Source: Raja brachyura
Lineage: Eukaryota
Direction: 5' to 3'
Length of the DNA: 64,000 nt
Assembly: GCA_963514005.1 (NCBI GenBank)
Contig: OY740804.1
Coordinates: forward strand, 33,790,001 to 33,854,000
The notes under the pieces: generated by a model
The model's database searches: none
What the model was told of the DNA's origin: nothing
What the model saw: only the letters and a program-made list of their open reading frames with translations
Made by a program: the position numbers and the translations under genes
Shown here: piece by piece, positions 52,905 to 64,000 of the stretch
How positions within the stretch are numbered: position 1 is the first letter of the stretch
Layout: each line of letters opens with the position of its first letter

Positions 52905-54490
52905 TCAATAGACAATAGGTGCACGAGTAGGCCATTCGGCCCTTCGAGCCAGCACCGCCATTCACTGTGATCATGGCTAATCATCCACAATCGTTCCTGC
53001 CTTCTCCCCATTTCCCTTCACTCCTCTATCTTTAAGAGATCTATCTAGCTCTCTCTTGAAAGCCTCCAGAGAATTGGCCTCCAATGCCTTCTGAGGCAGA
53101 GAATTACACAGATTCACAACTCTCTGTGTGAAAAGGTTTTTCCACATCTACGTTCTAATTGGCTTACCCCTGATTCTTAAACTGTGGCCCCTGGTTATAG
53201 ACAATAGACAATAGGTGCAGGAGTAGGCCATTCGGTCCTTCGAGCCAGCACCGCCATTCAATGTGATCATGGCTGATCATTCCTAATCGGTACCCCGTTC
53301 CTGCCTTCTCCCCATGTCCCCTGACTCCGTTATCTTTAAGAGCCCTATCTAGCACTCTCTTGAAAGCATCCAGAGAACCGGCCTTCACCACCCTGAGGCA
53401 GAGAATTCCACAGACTCACCACTCTCTGTGTGAAAAAGTGTTTCCTCATCTCCGTTCCAAATGGCTTACCCCTTATTCTTAGACAGTGGCCCCTGGTTCT
53501 GGACTCCCCCAACATCGGGAACAAGTTTCCTGCCTCTAGCATGTCCAAACCCTTAATAATCTTATGTTTCAATAAGATCCCCTCTCATCCTTCCAAACTC
53601 CAGAGTATACAAGCCCAGGCGCTCCATTCTCTCAGCATATGACAGTCCTGCCATCCGGGGAATTAACCTTGTAAACCTACGCTGCACTCACTCAATAGCA
53701 ATAATGTCCTTCTTCAAATTAGGGGACCAAAACTGCACACAATACTCCAGGTGTGGTCTCACTAGGGCCCTGTACAACTGCAGAGGACCTCTTTGCTCCA
53801 TTACTCAACTCCTCTTGTTATGAAGGCCAACATGCCATTTGCTTTCTGCACTGCCTGCTGTATCTGCATGCTTACTTTCAGTGATTGACGAACAAGGACC
53901 CTCCAGATCTCACTGTGTGTCCCCTTTTCCCAACTTGACACCATTCAGATAATAATCTGCCTTGCTATTTTGCCACCAAAGTGGATAACCTCATATTTAT
54001 CCACATTAACCTGCATCTGCCACGCATCTGCCCACTTACCCAACCTGTCCAGGTCACCCTGCATCCTTATAGCATCCTCCTCACAGTTCATCCTGCCACC
54101 CAGCTTAGTGTCATCTGCAAATTTGCTAAAGTTACTTTGAATCCCTTCACCTAAATCATGATTGTATATTGTAAATAGCTGCGGTCCCAGCACCGAGCCT
54201 TGTGGTACCCCACTAGTCATTCTGAAAGGGACTCGTTTATCCCTACTCTTTGTTTCCTGTCTGCCAACCAACTTTCTATCCATGTCAGTACCCTACCTCC
54301 ATTACCATGTGCTCTAATTTTGCTCACTAATCTCCTATGTGGGACCTTATCAAATGCTTTCTGAAAGTTCAGGTACACTACACTCACTGGCTCTCCCATG
54401 TCCATTTTCCTAGTTACATCCTCAAAGAATTCCAGAAGATTAGTCAAGCATGATTTCCCCTTTGTAAATCCATGTTGACTAGGACCGATC
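52905..54490 (-). mobile_element. CR1/HER1-like LINE with a tandemly repeated 3' end
   Basis: RT motifs in ORFs 54217 and 53945; two 3' ends (caatagacaataggtgc at about 52906 and 53201). Confidence 0.9.
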
Positions 54491-55196
54491 CTGTTTCTGC
54501 TCTCCTATTGTGGCAAATGTTCTTTATTCCTGTACAAAGGATGCCTCAGTTACAACAGATTTTGTCCACTATAATAAAATCTGTTTTAAAGAAGTCTTCA
54601 ATAATTATGATTGACTGTAATCTAAAGCCTGCGGTTAGTTACTATTTCAAGATCACAGTTTGAAAAGTAATTAATCTTAGATTCTTTAAGATAGTCTGCT
54701 TTATTCCCCCCTCTGTAAATGTTTTTCTTGCTCATCATTTTTTAATAAAAAAGGCAAAATACATAATAAAAATTGGTAGTAAAAGTATTCAATGCAACAA
54801 TGATACATTTGCATAAAATAGTGGCCAACAAATTAAATTTCACCTGCTGTTGGTGCACTAAAAGATTATTTGTATTTTGTGCTACAACCACATACGGTTC
54901 CCCTCATAATAGGAAACTGGGAATAGACCAAGCAAAGCCATGAACCTATGCTACATACCAGAACTTCAAACTATAAGGGCATGGAACACGAATCAATCAA
55001 GGTTTCCCAAAAGGGAATTGGATGACACTTGAAGGAAAACCATTTTTTGGCTCACAGTGAGTGAAGGGGAAATGAGATTGATTGGATTTAGTCTATATCA
55101 TGCTTGACTAATGGATCAAATCGTTTCATTTGCTGGAGTTATTGAATTATTCTTTATTTTAATTTACATTGTAGCGGTAGAGTTGCTGCCTTACAG

Positions 55197-56145
55197 TAGG
55201 TATGTTACAAAACTTACCTTGACCCGCGCTGCAGTTTTGCCGCTCCCCGTGTGCGCGACTTTGGCGCCTTTCAGAGGGCGGCGGGCTTAAAGTGCCGTTT
55301 TTCCACAGGCAGGGAAAATCGATCAATGTCGGGCGATTTCGTTGCGGAAGAAAAATCGCTCCGACATTTCATGAAAGAAGGTATTTTTAAATTACTCTAA
55401 ATTATTTATTAACTAGAGTAATTTAAAAATCACCTTCAAAAGCCGTGAGCACCGACAACCGGAAGGATTTTGCGTAGGGGAGAAAAAAAGGTAGTTTATT
55501 TTTATATTAAAAGTTGGTTTTTCGGGAGGCTTTAATAATATTTTCATGTTGCGAAATGGGGTCCAAATAATGTATGAACAGTATTTTTCCTTCCGACTTC
55601 ACCGCTAACCGCAACGTTCTAATCCACCGCATTCCACTAAAACCCACTCGCAAGTTGATTTAAATGGCCATTAATTTACAGGCATAAAACACTAAATTCC
55701 TTCCATTTGGCCCAGAAATTCATGAAAATTAGATTTAAAAATTATGTTATATTGTGGATTATTGTGTGAATGTTATTTGGACACTTAGGCAATTTAGATA
55801 ACTAACTAATTATATGCTTTAATTTCAGGTCATCCAAGTAAGATTTTTTCATATTTGTTTCAGAATGCTTCAATCTATAATAACTGAAAACTTCATTGAG
55901 TTCTCTTAATTTTTAAGAAAGTTATGGGCTTTTAACTGTTCCAGATCACAGCTTTTGAGTTAAGTCAATTGAAAGGCAATGGGGAACAAGATGCTAATTT
56001 CCGAGTATGAAAATGGCCATAACTTTCTTAATACTGAAGATATGAAAGTGAATTAGGTGTCAAATTAAACTTCTTTTTATGCTTTATCTGATGGGATAAA
56101 TTGCAGACTTGATTTTTTAAATCTCAAAATTTTGTAACATTGCTA
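55197..56145 (+). mobile_element. Non-autonomous DNA transposon, TAG...CTA termini, 7-bp TSD (copy 2), inserted in a V-SINE head
   Basis: Same TIRs as 13159-14212; TSD cttacag at 55190-55196 and 56146-56152. Confidence 0.9.
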
Positions 56146-57907
56146 CTTACAGCGCTTGCAGCGGCAGAGGCCCGTGTTCGATCTCGACTACGGGTGCTGT
56201 CTGTACGGAGTTTGTAGCGTTTTCCCACATTAGGTTTCTCTGAGATCTTGTTTCCTCCCACACTCCAAGATGTACAGGTTTGTAGGTTAATTGACCTGGT
56301 ATGTGTAAATTGTCCCTAGTGTTTGTAGGATAGTGTTAATGTGGGGGGATCACTGGTCAGTGCAGACTCGGTGGGCCGAAAGGCCTGTTTCTCTAAACTA
56401 AACATGCCTTGTATTTCTTTGAAAAAATCAGCGGTGTCAGCTTTTGTAGGGTGAACAGGCCAAGGAATGAAATACTGCACATCAGGGCAATCCAGGCAAC
56501 ACTGCAATGAGGATGGAAACTGTTTTAATTATGCGGGAGGAAAGAACTGTCTGCAATCAGCACCAATTTAATCCACGTATAACTATCTGGCCAGGAACAT
56601 TTAGCAAATAAGTGTGTGATTCTGCACCTGGAAATTAATCTACTAGCAAACAAACAAAGACTAATTTCGTCCTGCAATCCATCATGGATAATGTACTAAG
56701 GCACTGCTGCTTGTCTGAGCCTGGAGGTCACATGTTCAAACCTTATTTCAGGGACTTCAGCACAACTGCAATCCCAAGAAAATCTCTGCATTGTCAAAAT
56801 TTAAACAACTGTCATGTGACCATAACTCAATGCAAGCTCAACGAACAGCAAGGGACTTGGAGTCCTGATGGATATTAATCACTCTATCAATAATCACTAT
56901 CAGAATTAGGCCACAGAACACGTCAAAAGCCCTACTTGCTAAACTCTACCAATATTGCCTATTAACTGTTATATGTAAATAACTGTATTATTTCTCTTTA
57001 TTATAGAATATTCAGTGCTTTTAAAGCCAAATACTTCAACTCCATTTGGCACAGTGGGGACATCGGGGAGAGAAACCAAACTCATATATTTTATTTCACT
57101 TGGACTGAACTGAGAGATTTGCTTTTGCTTCTCATCGTGCATCACAAGATTATTGAACATGTTCTGATCGTCTGCTACTTCAGTTCATAGAGGGTAGCTA
57201 AAGTGATATGTTCCAATGAAGGGAAAGTTCTAAGCTACCCAATAATGAGCGGAACATGTCATAGCGTAGGTTTGGAATAAGGTAATAAAAGGTTGTTTCT
57301 GACACAGAATGCCACTGTTATGTAGTGAATATCATTACGCTATATTTAGTCTCCAAAATACATCCTGCTACTTTGTGCTATACAATAAAACATTGGCTGT
57401 ATTTTTGTGCTGCTCATTTCTTTCATTTGAAGTGCAAATGTCTCTGCAGGCATCTCATCTCCAAAGACCAGTCATAACTAAAATTTTAGAACCCTGATTT
57501 CAGGATTCCCAATAGGATAGAAATTAAAATCCTATGATCTACAAAAAAAGTGAATTTCACACCTTTCAAGTTGTTTAATTAATCAATAACCAACCTGTTG
57601 AGATGATTACCTTTATACCACCTGTACCACATCTAAGACGGACGCAAAAAGCTGGAACAGCTCGGTAGGTCAGGCCGCATCTCTGGAGGAAAGGAAAAGG
57701 TGATATTTCGGGTCGAGATCCTTCTTCAGACTGAGAGTCATGGAGAGGGAAACGAGAGATACGAAAAGTTACAGAGAACAGATGAATGAAAGGTATGCAA
57801 AAGGGAAATCAAAGCTAGCAACAATGTTCAAAGAAAGGTGGAGCCACATTGCTCCATCGTTGGCTGTGGAGGTGATAGCGAGTGATACAGTGAAATTATG
57901 CAGGACA

Positions 57908-58222
57908 ACATAGAAAATAGGTGCAGGAGTAGGCCATTCGGCCCTTCGAGCCTGCACCACCATTCAATATTAACATGGCTGATCATTCAACTCAGTATCC
58001 TGTACCTGCCTTCTCTCCATACCCCCTGATCCCTTTAAGCCACAAGGGCCACATCTAACTCCCTCTTAAATATAGCCAATGAACTGGCCTCAACTACCTT
58101 CTATGGCAGAGAATTCGAGAGATTCACCACTCTCTGTGTGAAAAATGTTTTCCTCATCTCGGTCCTAAAGGAATTCCCCCTTAACCTTACACTGTGACCC
58201 CTTGTTCTGGACCTCCCCAACA
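57908..58222 (-). mobile_element. CR1/HER1-like 3' fragment nested in a Penelope fragment (about 57640-58420)
   Basis: Very similar to the 3' end of 35213-35530. Confidence 0.85.
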
Positions 58223-60758
58223 GTGAATAGTACAACAACTAGGGTAGAAGATGTGCAGAGAAACGGGAGATGACAGGGTTACTAGGAAGTTGGAGAAATC
58301 AATATTAATACCGCTGGGTTGTAAACTGCCCAAGCGAAATATAAGGTGCGGTTCCTCCAATTTTCATTTGGTCTCACTCTGACCGTGGAGGCCAGGACAG
58401 AAAAGGCTGGTTGGGGAGGGGAAGGAGAGTGGGGAGAAATAAATCACATCAATGTTCTGTTGTATGACACTATCTCTGCACACCTGTGTTTTTAGCATGA
58501 CAGAAAAGCGATGAACTAGTTAGAACATGTATAAATTATACAGTGTTCAAACTAAAAGTTACTTGAGCTAAAACAAAATATGTTATACCAGATGTTCAAG
58601 TAATCAGCCTTGTGCTTGATTTCCAATTTATGTTAGCATTCTCTTCAGATTATAACATAATAATAAGGACAATATTATTGCAAGGATAACCAAGATTATG
58701 GGTAGTGATATTTGCTCTTTGTTACCCCGTGTTATGGACCTGTGAGGTTCACTGTGCTGGTCCAGTTGCCTTGGAACAACTACGTTCCAAATTAAAAATA
58801 TTTGCTTGATTTCTTGTGGCTGTTGTTAAGGAGGTTCACCAGGGTACACGTCCATGACTGTCAAATAAGATTTCAATCAAATTTTGTAGTCAGTGCACAT
58901 TAAAAGTGTGTTTCGTAACCTAGAAAATATAAAGATACAGTTGATTTGCGCTCGTGCAAAGAACAAAGGATGGGTGATCAAGCATGTTAATATCAAAAAC
59001 CCTGGTTGGCAGAGAATGATGTGTGGATGTAGAGGCAGGTGTCTTCCTTCATTGCCCTAGTGAGACAAAAGACAAACTGGGGAACCTTGTATTCTGCCTG
59101 GGTAGCTTGCAATTCTATGGCATGAATATTCTCCTGCACCCCCTTTCCCTTGCACCCAAAGCCCGTGTGCGCATATTTGCCCACCACCATCTCATTCCAA
59201 CACACAACCATCCACTATTTTTCTTTCATTCCCGTTCCTCTCTCCCTATCTCCTCCGAAACAGATCCCTCCCTCGAGATGCACATTTCACTTCTCTTTTT
59301 ATTAAAAACCCTTTTCATCTCTAGACACCCCACCCATCAGACATCCACCCCCCAACTGCATCCAGGTATGATTTGGCAGGGTTTACTCCTCTTTTCTAGC
59401 TCCCCCCGTATGCAGATCACTGAAGATGGGTCCCGCCCCGCAACGTTCCCTATCCATTCTCTCCACAGATGCTGCCTAACCCACTGAGCTCCTCCAGCGC
59501 TGTTTTCTTTGATACTTAAAAGAGATGATTGGTTTCTTTCAATACGATGAAGACTTAACTTTAGGACGCAAGCTACTAAATAAAATAAAACAATGGACTG
59601 GATTTAAATAGAGAGAAGAGAGTAATTTAGAAAATGAACAATCCAAAATTAGTCATTTTCTGTAGGAAACAATGATTAAAAGATAATATTGCAAAGCTGA
59701 GATTGCTAAAGAACTTGATTTTATGGTACAATAGATTACTTATGGTATAAGATTATTAATATCAATAAGGACGGCCACAGTGGCGCAGAGTTGCTGCCTT
59801 CCAGCGCTTGCAGCGTCGGAGACCTGGGTTCAATCCTGACTACAGATGCTGTCTGTAGGGAGTTTGTACGTTCTCCCTGTGACCACATAGGTTTTCTCCA
59901 AGATCTTCGGTTTCCTCCCACACTCGAAAGACTTATTTAAATGTATGTAGATTAATTGGCTTTGTGTATGTGTAAATTGTCCCTGGTGGTGTTAATGTGC
60001 GGGGATTGCTGGTCGGTGCAGTCTCGGTGGGCCGAAGGGCCTGTTTCCATGCTGTACCACCAAACGAAACTAAATACAATTTCCTAATAGCAAGAATGCC
60101 AACATGGCCCCCCCAAGAACAATGTCAGAGCAGAATTCAGAAGAGAAAACACAACTGTACAGAACTTGATATAACTAATTTTAAACAGCGCATGTTTGGA
60201 AATACATTTCCTTGAGAAGCAAGGAAAACTGTTTGTCAGATGCTACAAAAGGGAGTTGAACAAGTTTTTGATTTGATATCATTTATAGACAGCAAATTTA
60301 ATTTCTTGCTGGGCAAGATAGATTAAGTAAAATGTTTACAGCTCCCATCAGCAAATGGTAATGTTCACTCCAACTTTTTTTTTCATTTGAGCCCAAGCCT
60401 GTACCACTCTAAGGGAATATGGAGCATCCTGTATCTTCTGTTTTGTAACCAAATTGATTTCAGAGAATAAGAACTTATAGATGGATTAGCGAAGCAGTGG
60501 TTGATCTCCGTGGATTAGAAGAATCTGATGTTAAAGTTAAGATATAGACGTAGATAGAAACAGTTCTTATTTCCAAGTAGGGTCAAGAATAAGGTGAGGT
60601 AGAATGAAGATGGGGAAAATCCAAATGTGTGAGACAAGGGGAAAAATGGTTAATGAAGCATAACTTCAGAGTCTAGAATACACTGCAGATAAATAACTGG
60701 AAGGCAAGAATTAAGACTACAATGAAGACCAGCGGGATTGCTCTTACAATTACCCTGT

Positions 60759-61428
60759 TGTAGCGGCACCATACGTGGCGAATAAAGAAGAGACATCAGG
60801 TTGGTGCAAGCGGTTCTTTATTCTGTAGTCACACATGAAGTGGGTGCGCTAACTATATTAATGGTTGTTGTAGCTGAGCGAGGTTGTTCCTTCGGGCTCA
60901 GCTACCGGTTAAACTCCTTTTGGGTCTCGTGGTGAGAGAGCTTATGTACCAGGACACTCCCTCTGCCCATGACGTCAAGTGCCCACCCTCGTATCTCCTG
61001 ACGAGGGTTCGAGCTTAAGTGGCCCATGTTTATGCAGACATAGAAACATAGAAACATAGAAAATAGGTGCAGGAGTAGGCCATTCGGCCCTTCGAGCCTG
61101 CACCGCCATTCAATGTGATCATGGCTGATCATCCAACTCAGTATCCCGTACCTGCCTTCTCTCCATACCCCCTGATCCCTTTAGCCACAAGTGCCACATC
61201 TAACGCCCTCTTAAATATAGCCAATGAACTGGCCTCAACTACCTTCTGTGGCAGAGAATTCCAGAGACTCACCACTCTCTGTGTAAAGAATGTTTTCCTC
61301 ATTTCGGTCCTAAAGGAATTGCCCCTTATCCTTAGACTGTGACCCCTTGTTCTGGACTCCCCCAACATCGGGAACAATCTTCCAGCATCTAGCTTGTCCA
61401 ACCCCTTAAGAATTTTGTAGACGCCACA
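60759..61428 (-). mobile_element. Solo LTR (Gypsy-like, about 290 bp) interrupted by a CR1 3' fragment (about 61040-61416)
   Basis: TGTAGCG...CGCCACA inverted termini; 4-bp TSD ctgt (60755-60758, 61429-61432); minus-strand AATAAA near 60818. Confidence 0.75.
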
Positions 61429-61464
61429 CTGTACTAAATGAATGACCCCCCTCGTGAGTTGTAA

Positions 61465-61710
61465 AGGGCCTGTCCCACTTAGGCGAATCTTTAGGCGACT
61501 GCCAGGGACTAGTTTGAATGGAATTCACCTACGACACCTGGCGGCAACCTACGACTGCACCTACGACAACACCTACTACAATCTACGACCCATGACAACC
61601 TACGACAGTAAAAATTGTCGCCACTGTCACCGAACATTTTTCAACATGTTGAAAATTTTTGGGTAGTCGCCTGTAGTTGCCAAAAAAATTGCTTAAGTGG
61701 GACAGGCCCA
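61465..61710. mobile_element. PIF/Harbinger-type MITE (second subfamily)
   Basis: TIR (a/t)gggcctgtcccactta; TAA TSD (61462-61464, 61711-61713). Confidence 0.85.
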
Positions 61711-63139
61711 TAAGCATTCAAGTCTGGAAAGGAATAATATTTATAGGCAGATACAAAAATAGTTTGAGGTGTCAACAATATTTCAACACACGTTTTGTTG
61801 GTAAGACCGATCTTCAGATACACTATAACACCACATCATTAGTGTCTGGACAAACAAGACCACATTAGACTGATAATCAAACAAGAGTTATCTATATGCA
61901 GCTGCACGGCAAAATTGCAGCTTAATCATACCATACTTCATAAAACAAGAAGCTACCAGTCCTTATAAATGTAAAATTCACACAATGAAAAAAGTCTAAA
62001 ACATCTGTAATTCTAGCTTGCTGCAAGTCATTTTCTAGACCAATTTCCTGATGCAATTTTCATTTTCTTCAAGGCCCATCATTTTGTTATTCAATGGCTC
62101 CTGCCATCAAATGCTTCTCAAATTAATTTCAGTCTCCTCCCTAACGTGCTATATTGAGGGGAACGTGTTTCCCCTCATTATAATTTAATTTTGATTGCAA
62201 TTCTACTGTTTCACCTTGCATATTCAAACTTTGATCTGTAGTCAGATTTTGGCAATGTATTTAATGAGCATTGATGGCGTACTGGGTGACCTTACCTGTG
62301 GGGTTAGCAAGTTGTAATGGGCAGACAGCCGAACAAATGCTGAATCATTCCATGTCTATTAGTAGCAGTATCAGTTTACCAGAATAGCTGGCAACTCCTT
62401 CAAGCCAGCAGCATGCTGTCAATATTTTAAATAGAACTGAAAAACGTTGAGATTAAAGAGATAGTGGTTACATGGAAGCTGTATGGCTAATGTTCAAAGC
62501 AGACATTAGTGGTCAGGAAATGTTTTCAGACTCAGGGAAAATAGTGATGTTTCCTAATGGCCATTATTGGAACTACTGTTGCATTTAATATATTCTTAAT
62601 TTGCAAAAACAATAAACTTCAAACTCTGCAGGCAAGACAAAACTCATACAGTATATTGACTATACTAAGATCTTCAGACTGAAGTAATTGGCTTGGGAAG
62701 GGGAGGGATTAGGTTTCACAGCAATGTTTTGTAATTCATTTGTATATTGCCTCATCTATTTCAACAATACAAAACTATGTTCAATGATAGATTGGAACAG
62801 GGGTCTTAGACGCAGATAAATAAGTCTCTGAAGTTGGCAAGCAAAACATCAGGCTGTTGGAAAAATGGCAGAGTCCTTCTTTACTGAACGATACATGCTA
62901 TATAAAAAGATATTAAACTTACGCAATACTGGTGCTGGCAGATCGTTTAGACCAGTTTAGGAAAGTATAAAAGTTTTACTAGGTGTGAGGGCTGTATGAC
63001 TGTTATTAAAGTGGAGAAATAAAATTGAGACATTTTGATTATCAAAATATTAAAGTGAGGAATAGAGCTTCAAATCATGTGGTTGTGAACGAGCCTGCGA
63101 GATGTTTCCAATTGCACAAAGATTGATATTTAAGGCAGT

Positions 63140-63869
63140 CAAAAGTGCTGGAGAAACTCAGCGGGTGCAGCAGCATCTATGGAGCAAAGGAAATAGGCAA
63201 CGTTTCGGGCCAAAACCATTCTTCAGACTGATGTAGAGTAGGGGGGGGGGGGGGGGGGGGCGTGGAGAAGAAAGGAGAAAGGAAGAGGAGGAGCCCGAGG
63301 GCTGAGGGAGAGCTGAGAAGGGGAGGAGACAGCAAGGGCTACCGGAAATTGGAGAAGTCGTTTATGCCACAAGGGTGCAAACTGCCCAAGCGGAATATGA
63401 GGTGCTGCTCCTCCAATTTCCGGTGGTGCTCACTCTGGCCATGGAGGAGGCGCAGGACAGAAAGGTCGGATTCGGAATGGGATGGGGAGTTGAAGTGCTG
63501 AACCACCGGGAGATCAGGTTGGTTAATGCGAACCAAGGTGAGGTGTTCGCCGAAACGATCGTCAAGCCTACGCTTGGTCTCACCGATGTCGATCAGCTGA
63601 CATCTAGAGCAGCAGATGCAATAGATGAGGTTGGAGGAGATGCAGGTGAACCTCTGTCGCACCTGGAACAACTGCTTGGGTCCTTGAATGGAGTCGAGGG
63701 GGGAGGTAAAGCGACAAGTTTAGCATCTCTTGCGGTTGCAAGGGAAAGTGCCCGGGAAGGGGGTGGTGCGGGAGGGAAGGGAAGAATTGACCAGGGAGTT
63801 ACGGAGGGAGCGGAATTTGCGGAAAGCAGACAGGGGGGGAGATGGGAAGATGTGGCGAGTGGTGGGGTC
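63140..63869 (-). mobile_element. Penelope-like element 3' part: GIY-YIG endonuclease plus pLTR with hammerhead motif (63199-63226)
   Basis: ORF 63339-63671: FTCISSNLIYCICCSRC..IGETKRRL..RFGEH..HFN..RKLEEQHLIFRLG; followed by CTGAAGA..GAAAC GTT. Confidence 0.9.
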
Positions 63870-64000
63870 AGCTCTTATATATGTTTAAGTAACTTGCTGA
63901 AAATAAATTATAGATATCTTTTTTTTGCAGAATTTTGATTTGTGCACCACATTGTCAGATTTTAATAAAGGCCATTTTAATACATGTTGGTGTCACCATG

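Noticed and set aside
56400-56530. Minus-strand hydrophobic reading frame (VAWIALMCSISFLGLF..)
   Set aside because: No canonical GT donor and no family resemblance I can support
59771-59850. tRNA genes
   Set aside because: The A/B-box sequences are SINE heads continuing into the V-SINE core; no cloverleaf
63375-63938. 187-aa plus-strand ORF
   Set aside because: Antisense shadow of the Penelope ORF

Overview
Repeat-rich eukaryotic DNA. The HE1/V-SINE-like, HER1/CR1-like and Penelope-like repeats point to a cartilaginous fish, probably a skate or ray (inference). Two host genes lie on the + strand. The first is the last coding exon of BAK1 (1130-1234, C-terminal tail anchor) with a long 3'UTR. 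The second is a complete two-coding-exon APOBEC2 gene (39029-39141 + 48364-48898, about 215 aa) with a muscle-type promoter (CArG, GATA, E-box, TATA-like). Most of the rest is transposon-derived. It includes a decayed full-span DIRS1-type tyrosine-recombinase retrotransposon with an intact terminal/ICR structure and an internal 2-kb inversion, and roughly 20 Penelope-derived fragments with minimal hammerhead-ribozyme motifs, several as fold-back units with TSDs. There are also CR1, L2, Rex1 and RTE LINE fragments, V-SINEs, a solo LTR, Harbinger and hAT MITEs, and two copies of a TAG...CTA MITE with 7-bp target-site duplications. Most ORFs in the supplied track are spurious or repeat-derived. 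All identifications are by eye; no database searches were run.
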